Shown here: positions 16,945 through 26,196 of the stretch, one piece after another
Numbering within the stretch: the stretch's first letter is position 1
Layout: each line of letters opens with the position of its first letter
Assembly (NCBI GenBank): GCA_035353995.1
Contig: DAOQAL010000001.1
Coordinates: forward strand, 70,867-134,866
From: Minisyncoccota bacterium
GTDB lineage: Bacteria > Patescibacteriota > Minisyncoccia > Phycocordibacterales > UBA9973
Direction: 5' to 3'
Length of the DNA stretch: 64,000 nucleotides
Position numbers and translations under genes: made by a program
Notes under the pieces: generated by a model
The model's input: only the letters and a program-made list of their open reading frames with translations
Told to the model about the DNA's origin: nothing
The model's database searches: none

Positions 16945-18792
16945 ATGTCAATATTTGATTCATTTTTTAATACAAAAAAGAAAAGCAATGAAAACCAAAC
17001 ACAAGTTGGAGCAAATCCTTCTGTTTTGGCAGTACTGCCAGAAGAAATATATGAGTCTGCAAAACTTGAATTGCAAGATGTCATTGCGCCTTCAGCATTA
17101 AGGATTGAGCCAAAATCAATTAACTTAGGAGATAAAATAGCAAGAACATTTTTCATAATTTCTTTTCCAAGATTTTTATCTGATAACTGGTTTTCACCAA
17201 TAATAAACCTAGATAAGGTTTTTGATGTTTCTATTTTTGTTCACCCAATAGATACATCTTTAGCATTAAGACAATTTCAGAAAAAAGTAGCTGAAGTACA
17301 AAGTCAAATAAGTGTCAGAGAAGCAAAAGGGATGGTTAGAGATCCAATGTTAGACACAGCACATGAAGACTTAGAAAGTCTAAGAAATAATTTGATACAA
17401 GCACAAGAAAAAATGTTTGATGTTGGTATATATATAACAATATATGCAGATAATGAACTAGAACTTTTTAAAATAGAAAATGAAATAAAATCTATACTTG
17501 AATCAAAATTAATTTATATAAAACCAGCTCTTTTCCAACAAAATGAAGGATTTAAGAGCGTTATACCAACAGGAACTGATCTTTTAGGCATACATCAAAA
17601 ACTAAATTCTGAGCCTCTTTCTAGTATTTTTCCTTTCATATCTTTCGACCTTACTTCCACTAAAGGAATTTTATATGGTGTTAACAGACACAATTCAAGT
17701 TTAGTAATATTTGATAGATTTTCATTGGAAAATTACAACTCTGTAACTTTTGCAAAATCTGGTTCTGGAAAATCTTATGCAACAAAATTAGAAATATTAA
17801 GATCATTGATGTTTGATGTAGATGTAATAGTTATAGACCCTGAAAGGGAATATGAATACTTAACTGAAGTAGTAGGTGGAAGATATTTTAATATTTCTCT
17901 TTCATCTGATCACCACATAAACCCTTTTGATCTTCCAATACCAAGAGAAGATGAGACAGCAGAGGACGTTCTACGTTCAAATATAATAAACTTAGTTGGA
18001 TTATTCAGACTAATGCTTGGAGGATTAACACCAGAAGAAGATTCTCTTGTTGATAGAGCAATTTCAGAAACATATGCAATGAAAGATATAACCCCAGATT
18101 CTGATTTTTCTAATATTGAACCACCTCTTCTTTCAGATTTTGAAATGATTCTTGCTGGTATGGATGGAAGTGAGTCTGTAATGCAAAGATTGGTAAAATA
18201 TACAAAAGGATCTTGGTCCACATTCTTAAATAAACCATCAAATGTTGATATTAATAAAAAATTCGTAGTATTTTCTGTCCGTGATATGGAAGATGAATTA
18301 AAACCAGTAGCTATGTATATAGTAATGCACTATATTTGGACAGCAGTAAGAAAAAATTTGAAGAAACGATTACTTGTAGTTGATGAGGCTTGGTGGATGA
18401 TGAAATCTGAAGATACTGCTTCTTTCTTGTATTCTATGGCAAAAAGAGGAAGAAAATACTATCTTGGACTTTCAACTATAACACAAGATGCTGCCGACTT
18501 TATGAAGTCTACTTATGGTGTACCAATAATAACTAACTCCTCAATACAAATACTTTTAAAACAGTCACCAACAACCATAGATGTGTTGCAAAAAACATTT
18601 AACCTTACAGATGAAGAAAAATACTTACTTTTGGAATCAGGAGTAGGGGAAGGTATATTCTTTGCGGGAATGAAACACGTTGCAATAAAAATAATAGCTT
18701 CTTACACAGAAGATCAGATTATAACATCAGACCCGTCACAAATATTGTCGATTAAAAAAGAAAAGGAAGAAATTGAGAAAACAAATGAATAG
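16945..18792 (+). CDS. virB4: VirB4-like type IV secretion ATPase
   Basis: GILYGVN, Walker A AKSGSGKS, IDPEREY, INPFD, Walker B LVVDEAW, KRGRKY, ITQD. Confidence 0.88.
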   Translation: MSIFDSFFNTKKKSNENQTQVGANPSVLAVLPEEIYESAKLELQDVIAPSALRIEPKSINLGDKIARTFFIISFPRFLSDNWFSPIINLDKVFDVSIFVHPIDTSLALRQFQKKVAEVQSQISVREAKGMVRDPMLDTAHEDLESLRNNLIQAQEKMFDVGIYITIYADNELELFKIENEIKSILESKLIYIKPALFQQNEGFKSVIPTGTDLLGIHQKLNSEPLSSIFPFISFDLTSTKGILYGVNRHNSSLVIFDRFSLENYNSVTFAKSGSGKSYATKLEILRSLMFDVDVIVIDPEREYEYLTEVVGGRYFNISLSSDHHINPFDLPIPREDETAEDVLRSNIINLVGLFRLMLGGLTPEEDSLVDRAISETYAMKDITPDSDFSNIEPPLLSDFEMILAGMDGSESVMQRLVKYTKGSWSTFLNKPSNVDINKKFVVFSVRDMEDELKPVAMYIVMHYIWTAVRKNLKKRLLVVDEAWWMMKSEDTASFLYSMAKRGRKYYLGLSTITQDAADFMKSTYGVPIITNSSIQILLKQSPTTIDVLQKTFNLTDEEKYLLLESGVGEGIFFAGMKHVAIKIIASYTEDQIITSDPSQILSIKKEKEEIEKTNE

Positions 18793-18837
18793 TTTTCAAC
18801 CTGGCATCTATTACAAAATAAATGATATAATAAAAGT

Positions 18838-19803
18838 ATGTTTAAAAAGGGTTTAATTATATTTTTTACGTTAATTTGTTTATTTTTTGGATCACAAGTT
18901 AATGCACAAGTAAAAAGTGGTAATATCGTACTTAGTATAAGTCCCCAATACCCTAAAGCTGGAGAAGAAGTTCAAGCTTCTGTTTCAACATATTCGACAG
19001 ATTTAAATAATTCTAGAATTTCTTGGATAGTTAATGGAACAACAAAACTTGAAGGAGTTGGTAAAAAAACTTTTTCTTTTAGAATGGAAAATTCTGATTT
19101 TCAAACAGTTCTTGAAGTAAAAATTGAAACGCTTGATGGTTCTACAATAAATAAACAAATTACGATATCATCAACTAATGTTGATATGCTTTGGGAAGCG
19201 TATAACACATATACTCCTCCGTTTTATAAGGGAAAAACGTTGGCCACAACAGAAGGAATGATAAAAGTTGTGGCTTTTCCTAATACAACTAATTTAATTG
19301 GTTTTAATTATAAATGGGAAATGGATAATAAAAGCAAACAAGATTCTTCTGGATATGGAAGAAATTATTTTATATATAAAAATAGTTTTTTAGAAGATAG
19401 TAATACTATAGGAGTAAATGTTTCAGATATTTTTGGAAATAGTATAGGAGAAGGCACAACTACAATAAAACCAGGCAGTCCTATAATAAATTTTTATAGG
19501 AAAGACAGGAATCTTGGAATTAAATGGGAAAATATTTTAGAAAATGGATTTTCAATTAATAGAGAAGACGGTGACACAATTATAGTTGAACCATATTTTC
19601 TTTACCCGAAAGATTTTAATTCTGCAGATATATCTTGGGATTGGTTGATTAATGGAGAAAAAGTTCAAAACCAGAATCCTAAAAATTCTCTTTCAGTAAA
19701 ATTAGCAAACGAGGAATCAGGAAATGCAATAATAAAAGTTATGATTAGTAATACTAAAACACTTTTTGAAAGTGTTGAAAAACAATTAAATGTCAATTTC
19801 TAA
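18838..19803 (+). CDS. Secreted Ig-like multi-domain hypothetical protein
   Basis: Signal peptide ending VNA; beta-rich repeats (ISWIVNG, YKWEMDN, WDWLING), YTPPFYKGK. Confidence 0.7.
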   Translation: MFKKGLIIFFTLICLFFGSQVNAQVKSGNIVLSISPQYPKAGEEVQASVSTYSTDLNNSRISWIVNGTTKLEGVGKKTFSFRMENSDFQTVLEVKIETLDGSTINKQITISSTNVDMLWEAYNTYTPPFYKGKTLATTEGMIKVVAFPNTTNLIGFNYKWEMDNKSKQDSSGYGRNYFIYKNSFLEDSNTIGVNVSDIFGNSIGEGTTTIKPGSPIINFYRKDRNLGIKWENILENGFSINREDGDTIIVEPYFLYPKDFNSADISWDWLINGEKVQNQNPKNSLSVKLANEESGNAIIKVMISNTKTLFESVEKQLNVNF

Positions 19804-21070
19804 ATCAAAAAAAATAATTATTTTTTTTCTGCTTATAATATTTTGTGGCAGTATTATTTTACCAGCTAGTGTTCTTGCAGTAGATCAAACAATATCAATT
19901 CAATGTTATTCAATAAACCAAAATGGGACTACGAAAAAATGGTCTCTTGGTTTTAAAATAAGTACTACAAATGTTGCAAATGGAACGAAAATTTATGATT
20001 ATTTATATGAAGATGGTATCAACTTAACAGAAGGAAACAAAATTTCTACTATCAAAGATGATTACGCAGAGTATCTTACTGGACAAATACTAGACTCAGA
20101 AACAAAATACACAGTAACAGCGACAGTAGTAGGCACGCCAAAGCTAACTACTTCTGTAAGCATTACAACACCTAAAGATGGAGAACAAGCAACTTCTTGT
20201 ACACCTTCAAACCCAGAAACTTCCCAAACAATCAAAAATACCATAAACACAGACAAAGAAACAAACAAAGAAACAGAAACAACATATACACTTCTTGCGC
20301 CATTGCCTGGATTAGAGGGTACAATTGATACAAAAATAAGTGCTGAAAATCCTTGCCCATTTGGAAACTACTTAAATATTATTATAAAACTATTTTTGGG
20401 AGTCTGTGCTGTCCTGGCTGTAGTCATGATTGTGATTGGTGGTATAGAATACATGACTAGTGATTTAGTTTCATCCAAAGAGTCTGGTAAAAAAATGATA
20501 ACTAATGCCATATTGGGTCTTCTACTCGGGCTCGGGGCATACGTTATATTGTCTGAACTAAACCCAGACTTGCTCAAAGTGTGCTTAAATAGTTTACCAG
20601 AAGTATCAATGGTTGCAGATGACAATGTTCCACAATCTCCAATTAATGGTAAATACTGCACTAATACATATGGAACAAATGGCGGATATACTGCAGGAGC
20701 AGATTGGTCTGCTATTGCTGGGAAAGCATCCACTTTACCAAGTGGAGTAAAAACTAATAACCCAGAGTGTACAAAAGTTGGAGAAAAAAATTGCACAAGT
20801 TTGCGTGGATTAAATCTCAGTACAATAAAAACTATTCAGTCAAAATGCACTTCTTGCGGAACAATAACAATAACTGGTGGAACTGAATGTTGGTTACATG
20901 GTGGATCAAAACAGAAAACAACACACCACATAAAAAGTCCAACCATAGACTTACGTCTCGAAACAAAATTGGATTCTTATATAAAATCAGGAACAAAAAA
21001 TGGATCCTGGTATAAAAAGGATGGAATTTTGTATTTATTAGAATCAAAACATTGGCACGTAGGAAATTAA
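19790..21070 (+). CDS. VirB2/TrbC-like (T4SS pilin) domain protein fused to a C-terminal M15/LAS-like Zn peptidase domain
   Basis: YTLLAPLP, two-TM pilin hairpin LAVVMIVIGGIEYMTS...ITNAILGLLL...LNPDL; C-terminal H-x6-D (HIKSPTID) and HWH. Confidence 0.75.
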   Translation: MSISKSKKIIIFFLLIIFCGSIILPASVLAVDQTISIQCYSINQNGTTKKWSLGFKISTTNVANGTKIYDYLYEDGINLTEGNKISTIKDDYAEYLTGQILDSETKYTVTATVVGTPKLTTSVSITTPKDGEQATSCTPSNPETSQTIKNTINTDKETNKETETTYTLLAPLPGLEGTIDTKISAENPCPFGNYLNIIIKLFLGVCAVLAVVMIVIGGIEYMTSDLVSSKESGKKMITNAILGLLLGLGAYVILSELNPDLLKVCLNSLPEVSMVADDNVPQSPINGKYCTNTYGTNGGYTAGADWSAIAGKASTLPSGVKTNNPECTKVGEKNCTSLRGLNLSTIKTIQSKCTSCGTITITGGTECWLHGGSKQKTTHHIKSPTIDLRLETKLDSYIKSGTKNGSWYKKDGILYLLESKHWHVGN

Positions 21071-21074
21071 AAAT

Positions 21075-22418
21075 ATGTCAAAAAGAAAAATAATAACAAT
21101 ATTAGTCACAATAATAGCAGTGTTTTTAGTTACTTGGACACTACTAAGTTTTTATAAATCATCAAAAAATACTACTGGAGAAAATACAACAGGAACAAAT
21201 TTTCTTTCTGAATTTTTCCCATTTGGAAAAAATAAAACAAACACAACAGAAAATAATGGGACACCTACAGATATCTCAGGTTATACAACGTCAGAAGATG
21301 GAACATTAGTAGAAAAATTAACAAAAGTTTCAAGTATGCCAGTGGCTGGCTATGGTGTTTTTACAAAAGAAAGATATAAAGAGATAGAAGTACCTGTTAA
21401 TAATACAGAAAATATTATTGAAAATTCCAGCACAGAAGAAAGTTCACAAATCCCAACCCCTCCACAAACAGAATTTATACCAATGATAAGATATGTAGAA
21501 AGAGCTACAGGAAATATTTTTCAAACTTACGCAGATAAAATAGAAGAGAGGAAATTTACAACAACAGTAATTCCACAAATATATGAATCATATTTTGGAG
21601 ACGAAGGAAACTCTGTAGTGATGAGATATCTAAAAGATGACAACAAAACAATAGAAACATATATTGGAAAATTACCAGAACAAATATTAGGTGGAGATAC
21701 TTTAAATAATGGAGACATATCAGGATCTTTTTTGCCAGAAAATATTACAGATATAAGTGTTTCACCTGATGCACTTTCTGTATTTTATGTTTTTAATAGT
21801 GGCAACAATGCAATCGGTTCTATTGCCAAAACTTCCAACAACACAAGAAATCAAATTTTTAGTTCTCCTTTTACAGAATGGTTATCATTTTGGCCAAATG
21901 ACAGAATGATTACAATTACAACAAAACCTTCTTATAATGTAACTGGTTATATGTATTCGATCGATCCTAATACAAAGAAAATGACAAAAATACTCAGTGA
22001 TATAAATGGGCTTACAACACTTACAAGTCCAAGCGGAAAGATTATATTGTATTCTGGTAATGATCTTTCATTGCGAATATATAATTTAGATACAAGAGAA
22101 TCAACTTCAACAGGTATAAAAACTTTGCCTGAAAAATGTACTTGGAGTAAAACAAATACTATATTGTATTGTTCTGTGCCAAAATATATTGATGGAATAA
22201 AATATCCAGATACATGGTATATGGGGGAAGTATCATTTTCCGATGAAATATGGAAAATAAATATAGAAAATGGAACTACAACATTGCTTGCAGATCCTAT
22301 TTCTTTCTCAAAAGGTGAAGAAATTGATGGTATAAAACTATCTTTAGATGAAAAAGAAAATTATTTACTCTTAATAAATAAGAAAGATTCCTATCTTTGG
22401 GAACTTGTTCTCTATTAG
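21075..22418 (+). CDS. Membrane-anchored beta-propeller-like protein
   Basis: N-terminal TM; repeated SPD/SPSGK-type turns, RYVERATGNIF, TLPEKCTW. Confidence 0.7.
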   Translation: MSKRKIITILVTIIAVFLVTWTLLSFYKSSKNTTGENTTGTNFLSEFFPFGKNKTNTTENNGTPTDISGYTTSEDGTLVEKLTKVSSMPVAGYGVFTKERYKEIEVPVNNTENIIENSSTEESSQIPTPPQTEFIPMIRYVERATGNIFQTYADKIEERKFTTTVIPQIYESYFGDEGNSVVMRYLKDDNKTIETYIGKLPEQILGGDTLNNGDISGSFLPENITDISVSPDALSVFYVFNSGNNAIGSIAKTSNNTRNQIFSSPFTEWLSFWPNDRMITITTKPSYNVTGYMYSIDPNTKKMTKILSDINGLTTLTSPSGKIILYSGNDLSLRIYNLDTRESTSTGIKTLPEKCTWSKTNTILYCSVPKYIDGIKYPDTWYMGEVSFSDEIWKINIENGTTTLLADPISFSKGEEIDGIKLSLDEKENYLLLINKKDSYLWELVLY

Positions 22419-22435
22419 AAATAGGGGATTAAAAA

Positions 22436-22930
22436 TTATAGATTTCCTATATATTTAATTACAACTCTACGAGAAAGTCCTTCTCCTGTTGATTCTGTTT
22501 TTAAATCAGTAGCCTCAGCTAAAAATTCATGAACAATTCTTCTTTCAAAAGCTGTCATTGGATCAACTTCTATATTTGATTTAAAATATCTAGCGCGTTC
22601 AGCCATCATATGTGCAATAGCATGTATATTTTCAATTCTTTTCTTTTGAAAACCATTAATATCAACTAATATTGCTGGATAGCTCATCTCTTTTTGTTCA
22701 GTATTTTTATCATCGGTGACATTACTTGCTTCAACTATCTTTTTAACTAAATGATTTAAAGCAAAAAGAGCCTCTCCGCCATGATTAATGAAGAAATGAG
22801 GTTGATTCACCTCTACGCTAAACCAAGTTGTTTTTGACCCATTTTCTTCTGAAATTGTAATATCTTTTACTGGAACAGTAGTTTTTTCTATTAATTCCTT
22901 TATTAAATTTTGAATATCTGTATTGTTCAT
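22436..22930 (-). CDS. jag: Jag/KhpB-like KH-R3H RNA-binding protein
   Basis: PMTAFERRIVH R3H motif, TESTGEG..RRVVI; downstream of yidC. Confidence 0.88.
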   Translation of the reverse strand: MNNTDIQNLIKELIEKTTVPVKDITISEENGSKTTWFSVEVNQPHFFINHGGEALFALNHLVKKIVEASNVTDDKNTEQKEMSYPAILVDINGFQKKRIENIHAIAHMMAERARYFKSNIEVDPMTAFERRIVHEFLAEATDLKTESTGEGLSRRVVIKYIGNL

Positions 22931-22931
22931 A

Positions 22932-23657
22932 TTATTGTTTAGAAATTGGTGTTAATTTCCTTTTCTTATTTGAATAAAGTTGTTGACCTATTGCAAATAA
23001 ATTATTTGTAACCCAATACAATGCAACTGCGCCAGATATACTATAAGCGATAAATGCAACTATAATTGGAAAAACATATTTCATTTGCACATTCATACTT
23101 TTTGCAAAACTATCTTGAAAAGAGCTAGCTCCGCTTTGTGTACTTGGTTTTGGCATAAAATATGCTTGAAAAAACTGAGTAATACCAGCAAGTATTGCTA
23201 AAATCAAGCTCTTGCTTCCAAGATCTAAAATTCCCAAAAAGTTCATATTAATATTTTGTGGTACTGGAGTAAAGGAATATAAATAACTACTATCAAATTT
23301 CAAACCCTTCAAAAATACATAATACAAAGCAAAAATAATTGGTATCTGTATTAAAACCAAAAAACAACCAGAAAATGGATTTGTTTTATGTTTTTTATAA
23401 AGTTCTAATGTTTGTTGTGCTTGTTCTTCTTTGCTTGCTTTACTGTTTTTTATTTTTTGTAATTCTGGATTAAGCAAATTCATTTTTGCTTGGTTATCAA
23501 TAGAACGCTGAGAAAGAGGGAATAGAAAAGTCTTTACAATAAGAGTTAATATTATAACAGCTACACCAACGTCACCCCCAGGAACAACTGAGACAATAAA
23601 AGCCAAAATGTTAACTAATGGCTTGTATAAAGCAACATCCCAAATATGAGTTATCAT
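22932..23657 (-). CDS. yidC: YidC/Oxa1 membrane insertase
   Basis: NPFSGCFLVLIQIPIIFALY, ALYWVTNNLFAIGQQ. Confidence 0.93.
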   Translation of the reverse strand: MITHIWDVALYKPLVNILAFIVSVVPGGDVGVAVIILTLIVKTFLFPLSQRSIDNQAKMNLLNPELQKIKNSKASKEEQAQQTLELYKKHKTNPFSGCFLVLIQIPIIFALYYVFLKGLKFDSSYLYSFTPVPQNINMNFLGILDLGSKSLILAILAGITQFFQAYFMPKPSTQSGASSFQDSFAKSMNVQMKYVFPIIVAFIAYSISGAVALYWVTNNLFAIGQQLYSNKKRKLTPISKQ

Positions 23658-23731
23658 TACCTTATCTTATATTAAAAAATTAAAAAAATCTACCTTAAAA
23701 GTAAGAATAGAATAAAAATAAAAAAGAAACC

Positions 23732-23983
23732 TTATTTTAATGGGTCAAAATGATTTTTTTGCCAAGGATGACATCGCAAAATACGTAAGACCCCAAGATA
23801 AATTCCTTTTAAGACTCCATATTTTTGTATAGCCTCTATTGTATAGTTAGAACAAGATGGGTAAAAAACACAAACAGGTTTTTTAACTAATCCTATCTGT
23901 TTTAAGATACCAGTATCAAGAGAAAGTGTTTTTTGATAGAAAATAATTAAGAAAATTATTATATTTTCAATCTTTTTTTTCAT
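23732..23983 (-). CDS. yidD: Membrane protein insertion efficiency factor
   Basis: CVFYPSCSNY, RILRCHPW, DP. Confidence 0.93.
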   Translation of the reverse strand: MKKKIENIIIFLIIFYQKTLSLDTGILKQIGLVKKPVCVFYPSCSNYTIEAIQKYGVLKGIYLGVLRILRCHPWQKNHFDPLK

Positions 23984-23984
23984 T

Positions 23985-24353
23985 TTAAATACGTAGCTTG
24001 TTTAAAATAACTAAAATCTCTTTATCTATTTGAGCAATAGAGTCTTGTCTTTCTTTTTTATTTCTTTTTTTCCCAAATATAGCCATACTTTTAGACCCAA
24101 AAATAAAGGCACCACAAAAACCACGGGGAAATCTATCTAAATATTTTTCTAAAATAGAATAACCTCTTCTTCTTAAAAGATTTCTATCTACCGCTTTTTT
24201 TGAAATATTTTTCGGAGTAATAAAAGATATTTTCTTTTCAATAGTATTATTAGTTATATATTTCAAGCTCAAAATGCCAGAAGATAAAAATCTTCCTTCT
24301 TTAAATATATTATCGATAGTTCTTTTATCAGCCCTATTCTTTTTAGGAAGCAT
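23985..24353 (-). CDS. rnpA: Ribonuclease P protein component
   Basis: MLPKKNR, KKAVDRNLLRRR; position next to rpmH. Confidence 0.9.
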   Translation of the reverse strand: MLPKKNRADKRTIDNIFKEGRFLSSGILSLKYITNNTIEKKISFITPKNISKKAVDRNLLRRRGYSILEKYLDRFPRGFCGAFIFGSKSMAIFGKKRNKKERQDSIAQIDKEILVILNKLRI

Positions 24354-24354
24354 A

Positions 24355-24489
24355 TTAAACTGAAAGTTTCGCTCGTCCTTTTCTTCTTCTTCTTAAGAGA
24401 ACTTTCTGTCCGGTTTTTGACTTAGATCTAACTAAAAAACCGTGTGCCTTTGCTCTTTTTCTTTTATTCGGTTGATATGTTTGCGACAT
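24355..24489 (-). CDS. rpmH: 50S ribosomal protein L34 (missing from the ORF track)
   Basis: Manual translation [44 protein letters not shown]. Confidence 0.97.
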   Translation of the reverse strand: MSQTYQPNKRKRAKAHGFLVRSKSKTGQKVLLRRRRKGRAKLSV

Positions 24490-24506
24490 AATTGTAGTAT
24501 ATAACA

Positions 24507-24526
24507 TTATCAACAGTTTATCAACA
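24507..24526 (+). promoter_or_regulatory. Tandem DnaA-box-like sites upstream of dnaA
   Basis: TTATCAACA at 24507 and 24518 (one mismatch to TTATCCACA). Confidence 0.6.
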
Positions 24527-24628
24527 TAGTTAGTAAGGTTTTTATTTCTCTAACTTTTTCACATTATAGTATAATGTTCAAACATCACTTTAATACTGTA
24601 TGTTTATTAATTAACGAAATCTCATTAA

Positions 24629-25972
24629 ATGGACACAAAACAACTTTGGAAAAATTGCTTGGCTGAAATAGAGGGGAGTGTTTCGAAAGCAAACTTTAGT
24701 ACTTGGTTTAAAAACACTTCTATATTAAAAGAAGACGCGGGTATTATTTATGTAGCAGTTCCTAACGAATTTGTAAGAGATTGGTTAAAAAATAAATATC
24801 ATAAATTAATAACTAAAACAATAGCAGACACTTATGAAAGTATGCGTGCTGTTGAATACGTTATTACAAGGACAGATGCTATAAAACAAGAATTACCAAG
24901 GACAAATGACTCTTTTATAAAGCAAGAATTACCACTAAAAGATCTTTATATTAACCCTGAAGATAATTTAAACCCAAGATATCAATTTAATTCTTTTATC
25001 GTTGGTTCATTCAACGAACTTGCTTATGCTGCCTCACAAGCGATTATTGAAAGTCCTGGAACGAAATATAATCCATTCTTTGTTTATGGAGCTACAGGGC
25101 TTGGAAAAACACACTTAATACAAGCTGTTGGAAATTCAATAAAAGAAAAATATCAGAATAAAAAAGTACATTACTTAACTTTAGAAAAGTTTGCTACAGA
25201 TTTTATTAATTCATTACAAAACAATAAAGCAAATTCTTTTAAGGAAAAATATCGTAAATATGATCTTTTAATCATAGACGATATACAATTCATAGGAAAG
25301 ATGGAAAAAATACAAGAAGAATTATTCCATACATTCAATACTTTCTATGAAAACAACAAACAAATAATATTTTCCTCAGATAAACACCCAAATTATATTC
25401 CAGAGCTAGCTGACAGATTAAAGTCTCGTTTTGCAGCTGGAATGATTGTAGATGTTACAGAACCAGAATATGAATCACGATTAGCTATATTAAAGGTAAA
25501 ATTACGTGAACAAAATATAGAACTTGGCCAAGAAATCATTGAATATGTTGCATCAAACATAAGAGGTAACATTCGTGAGCTTGAGGGTAGCTTAAATACG
25601 ATTATATGCCAATATCGCTTGAAAAATAGCACTCTTTCAATTTCTGAGGTCAAAACATTATTAAAAAATAATATGAAGCCTAAGAAAAATGTTTCAGTAA
25701 AGGATGTAGCAAAAATAGTAGGGGATTATTATAACTTAGAAGAAACTTCAATTTATGAAAAAACAAGAAGAAAAGAGATAGTGAAAGCAAGACAAATAGT
25801 AATGTTTTTATTAAGAGAAGACTTCAATGTTTCATATCCTTTAATTGGGCAAAAACTTGGCGGGAAAGATCACACTACGGTAATACATTCTTATTTGAAA
25901 ATTAAAAATGATTTAAAAAACGATCCACAGCTTTTACAAGAAATAGAACAAATAAGAATCATGTTTAAATAG
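24629..25972 (+). CDS. dnaA: Chromosomal replication initiator
   Basis: YNPFFVYGATGLGKTHL, IDDIQF, NIRELEG, GGKDHTTVIHS. Confidence 0.98.
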   Translation: MDTKQLWKNCLAEIEGSVSKANFSTWFKNTSILKEDAGIIYVAVPNEFVRDWLKNKYHKLITKTIADTYESMRAVEYVITRTDAIKQELPRTNDSFIKQELPLKDLYINPEDNLNPRYQFNSFIVGSFNELAYAASQAIIESPGTKYNPFFVYGATGLGKTHLIQAVGNSIKEKYQNKKVHYLTLEKFATDFINSLQNNKANSFKEKYRKYDLLIIDDIQFIGKMEKIQEELFHTFNTFYENNKQIIFSSDKHPNYIPELADRLKSRFAAGMIVDVTEPEYESRLAILKVKLREQNIELGQEIIEYVASNIRGNIRELEGSLNTIICQYRLKNSTLSISEVKTLLKNNMKPKKNVSVKDVAKIVGDYYNLEETSIYEKTRRKEIVKARQIVMFLLREDFNVSYPLIGQKLGGKDHTTVIHSYLKIKNDLKNDPQLLQEIEQIRIMFK

Positions 25973-26196
25973 TTGTTGAAAAGCAGTTGAAATGGAAATG
26001 ATAACGAGAAATAAAAATGTTAATAAAAATTATTTTTTAAAAATTATTCAAAAGAAAAATAAAATACAAAAAATTATTAGACTTAGAAAAAAAATAATTA
26101 ATTAAAAATAGTTAACAGAATCAATATTAAAATAACTTATCCACTTATCCACACAACTAATAGTAATAATAAATTATATATATAATATATAAACAT
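25973..26196. other. Probable oriC unwinding region (dnaA-dnaN intergenic)
   Basis: Very AT-rich; TTATCCACT (26137) overlapping TTATCCACA (26145), then TAA-TAG-TAA-TAA-TAA trio-like repeats. Confidence 0.75.

Noticed and set aside
5962-22418. Integrative conjugative element
   Set aside because: No integrase, relaxase, coupling protein or flanking att repeats in view; composition matches the neighbouring core genes
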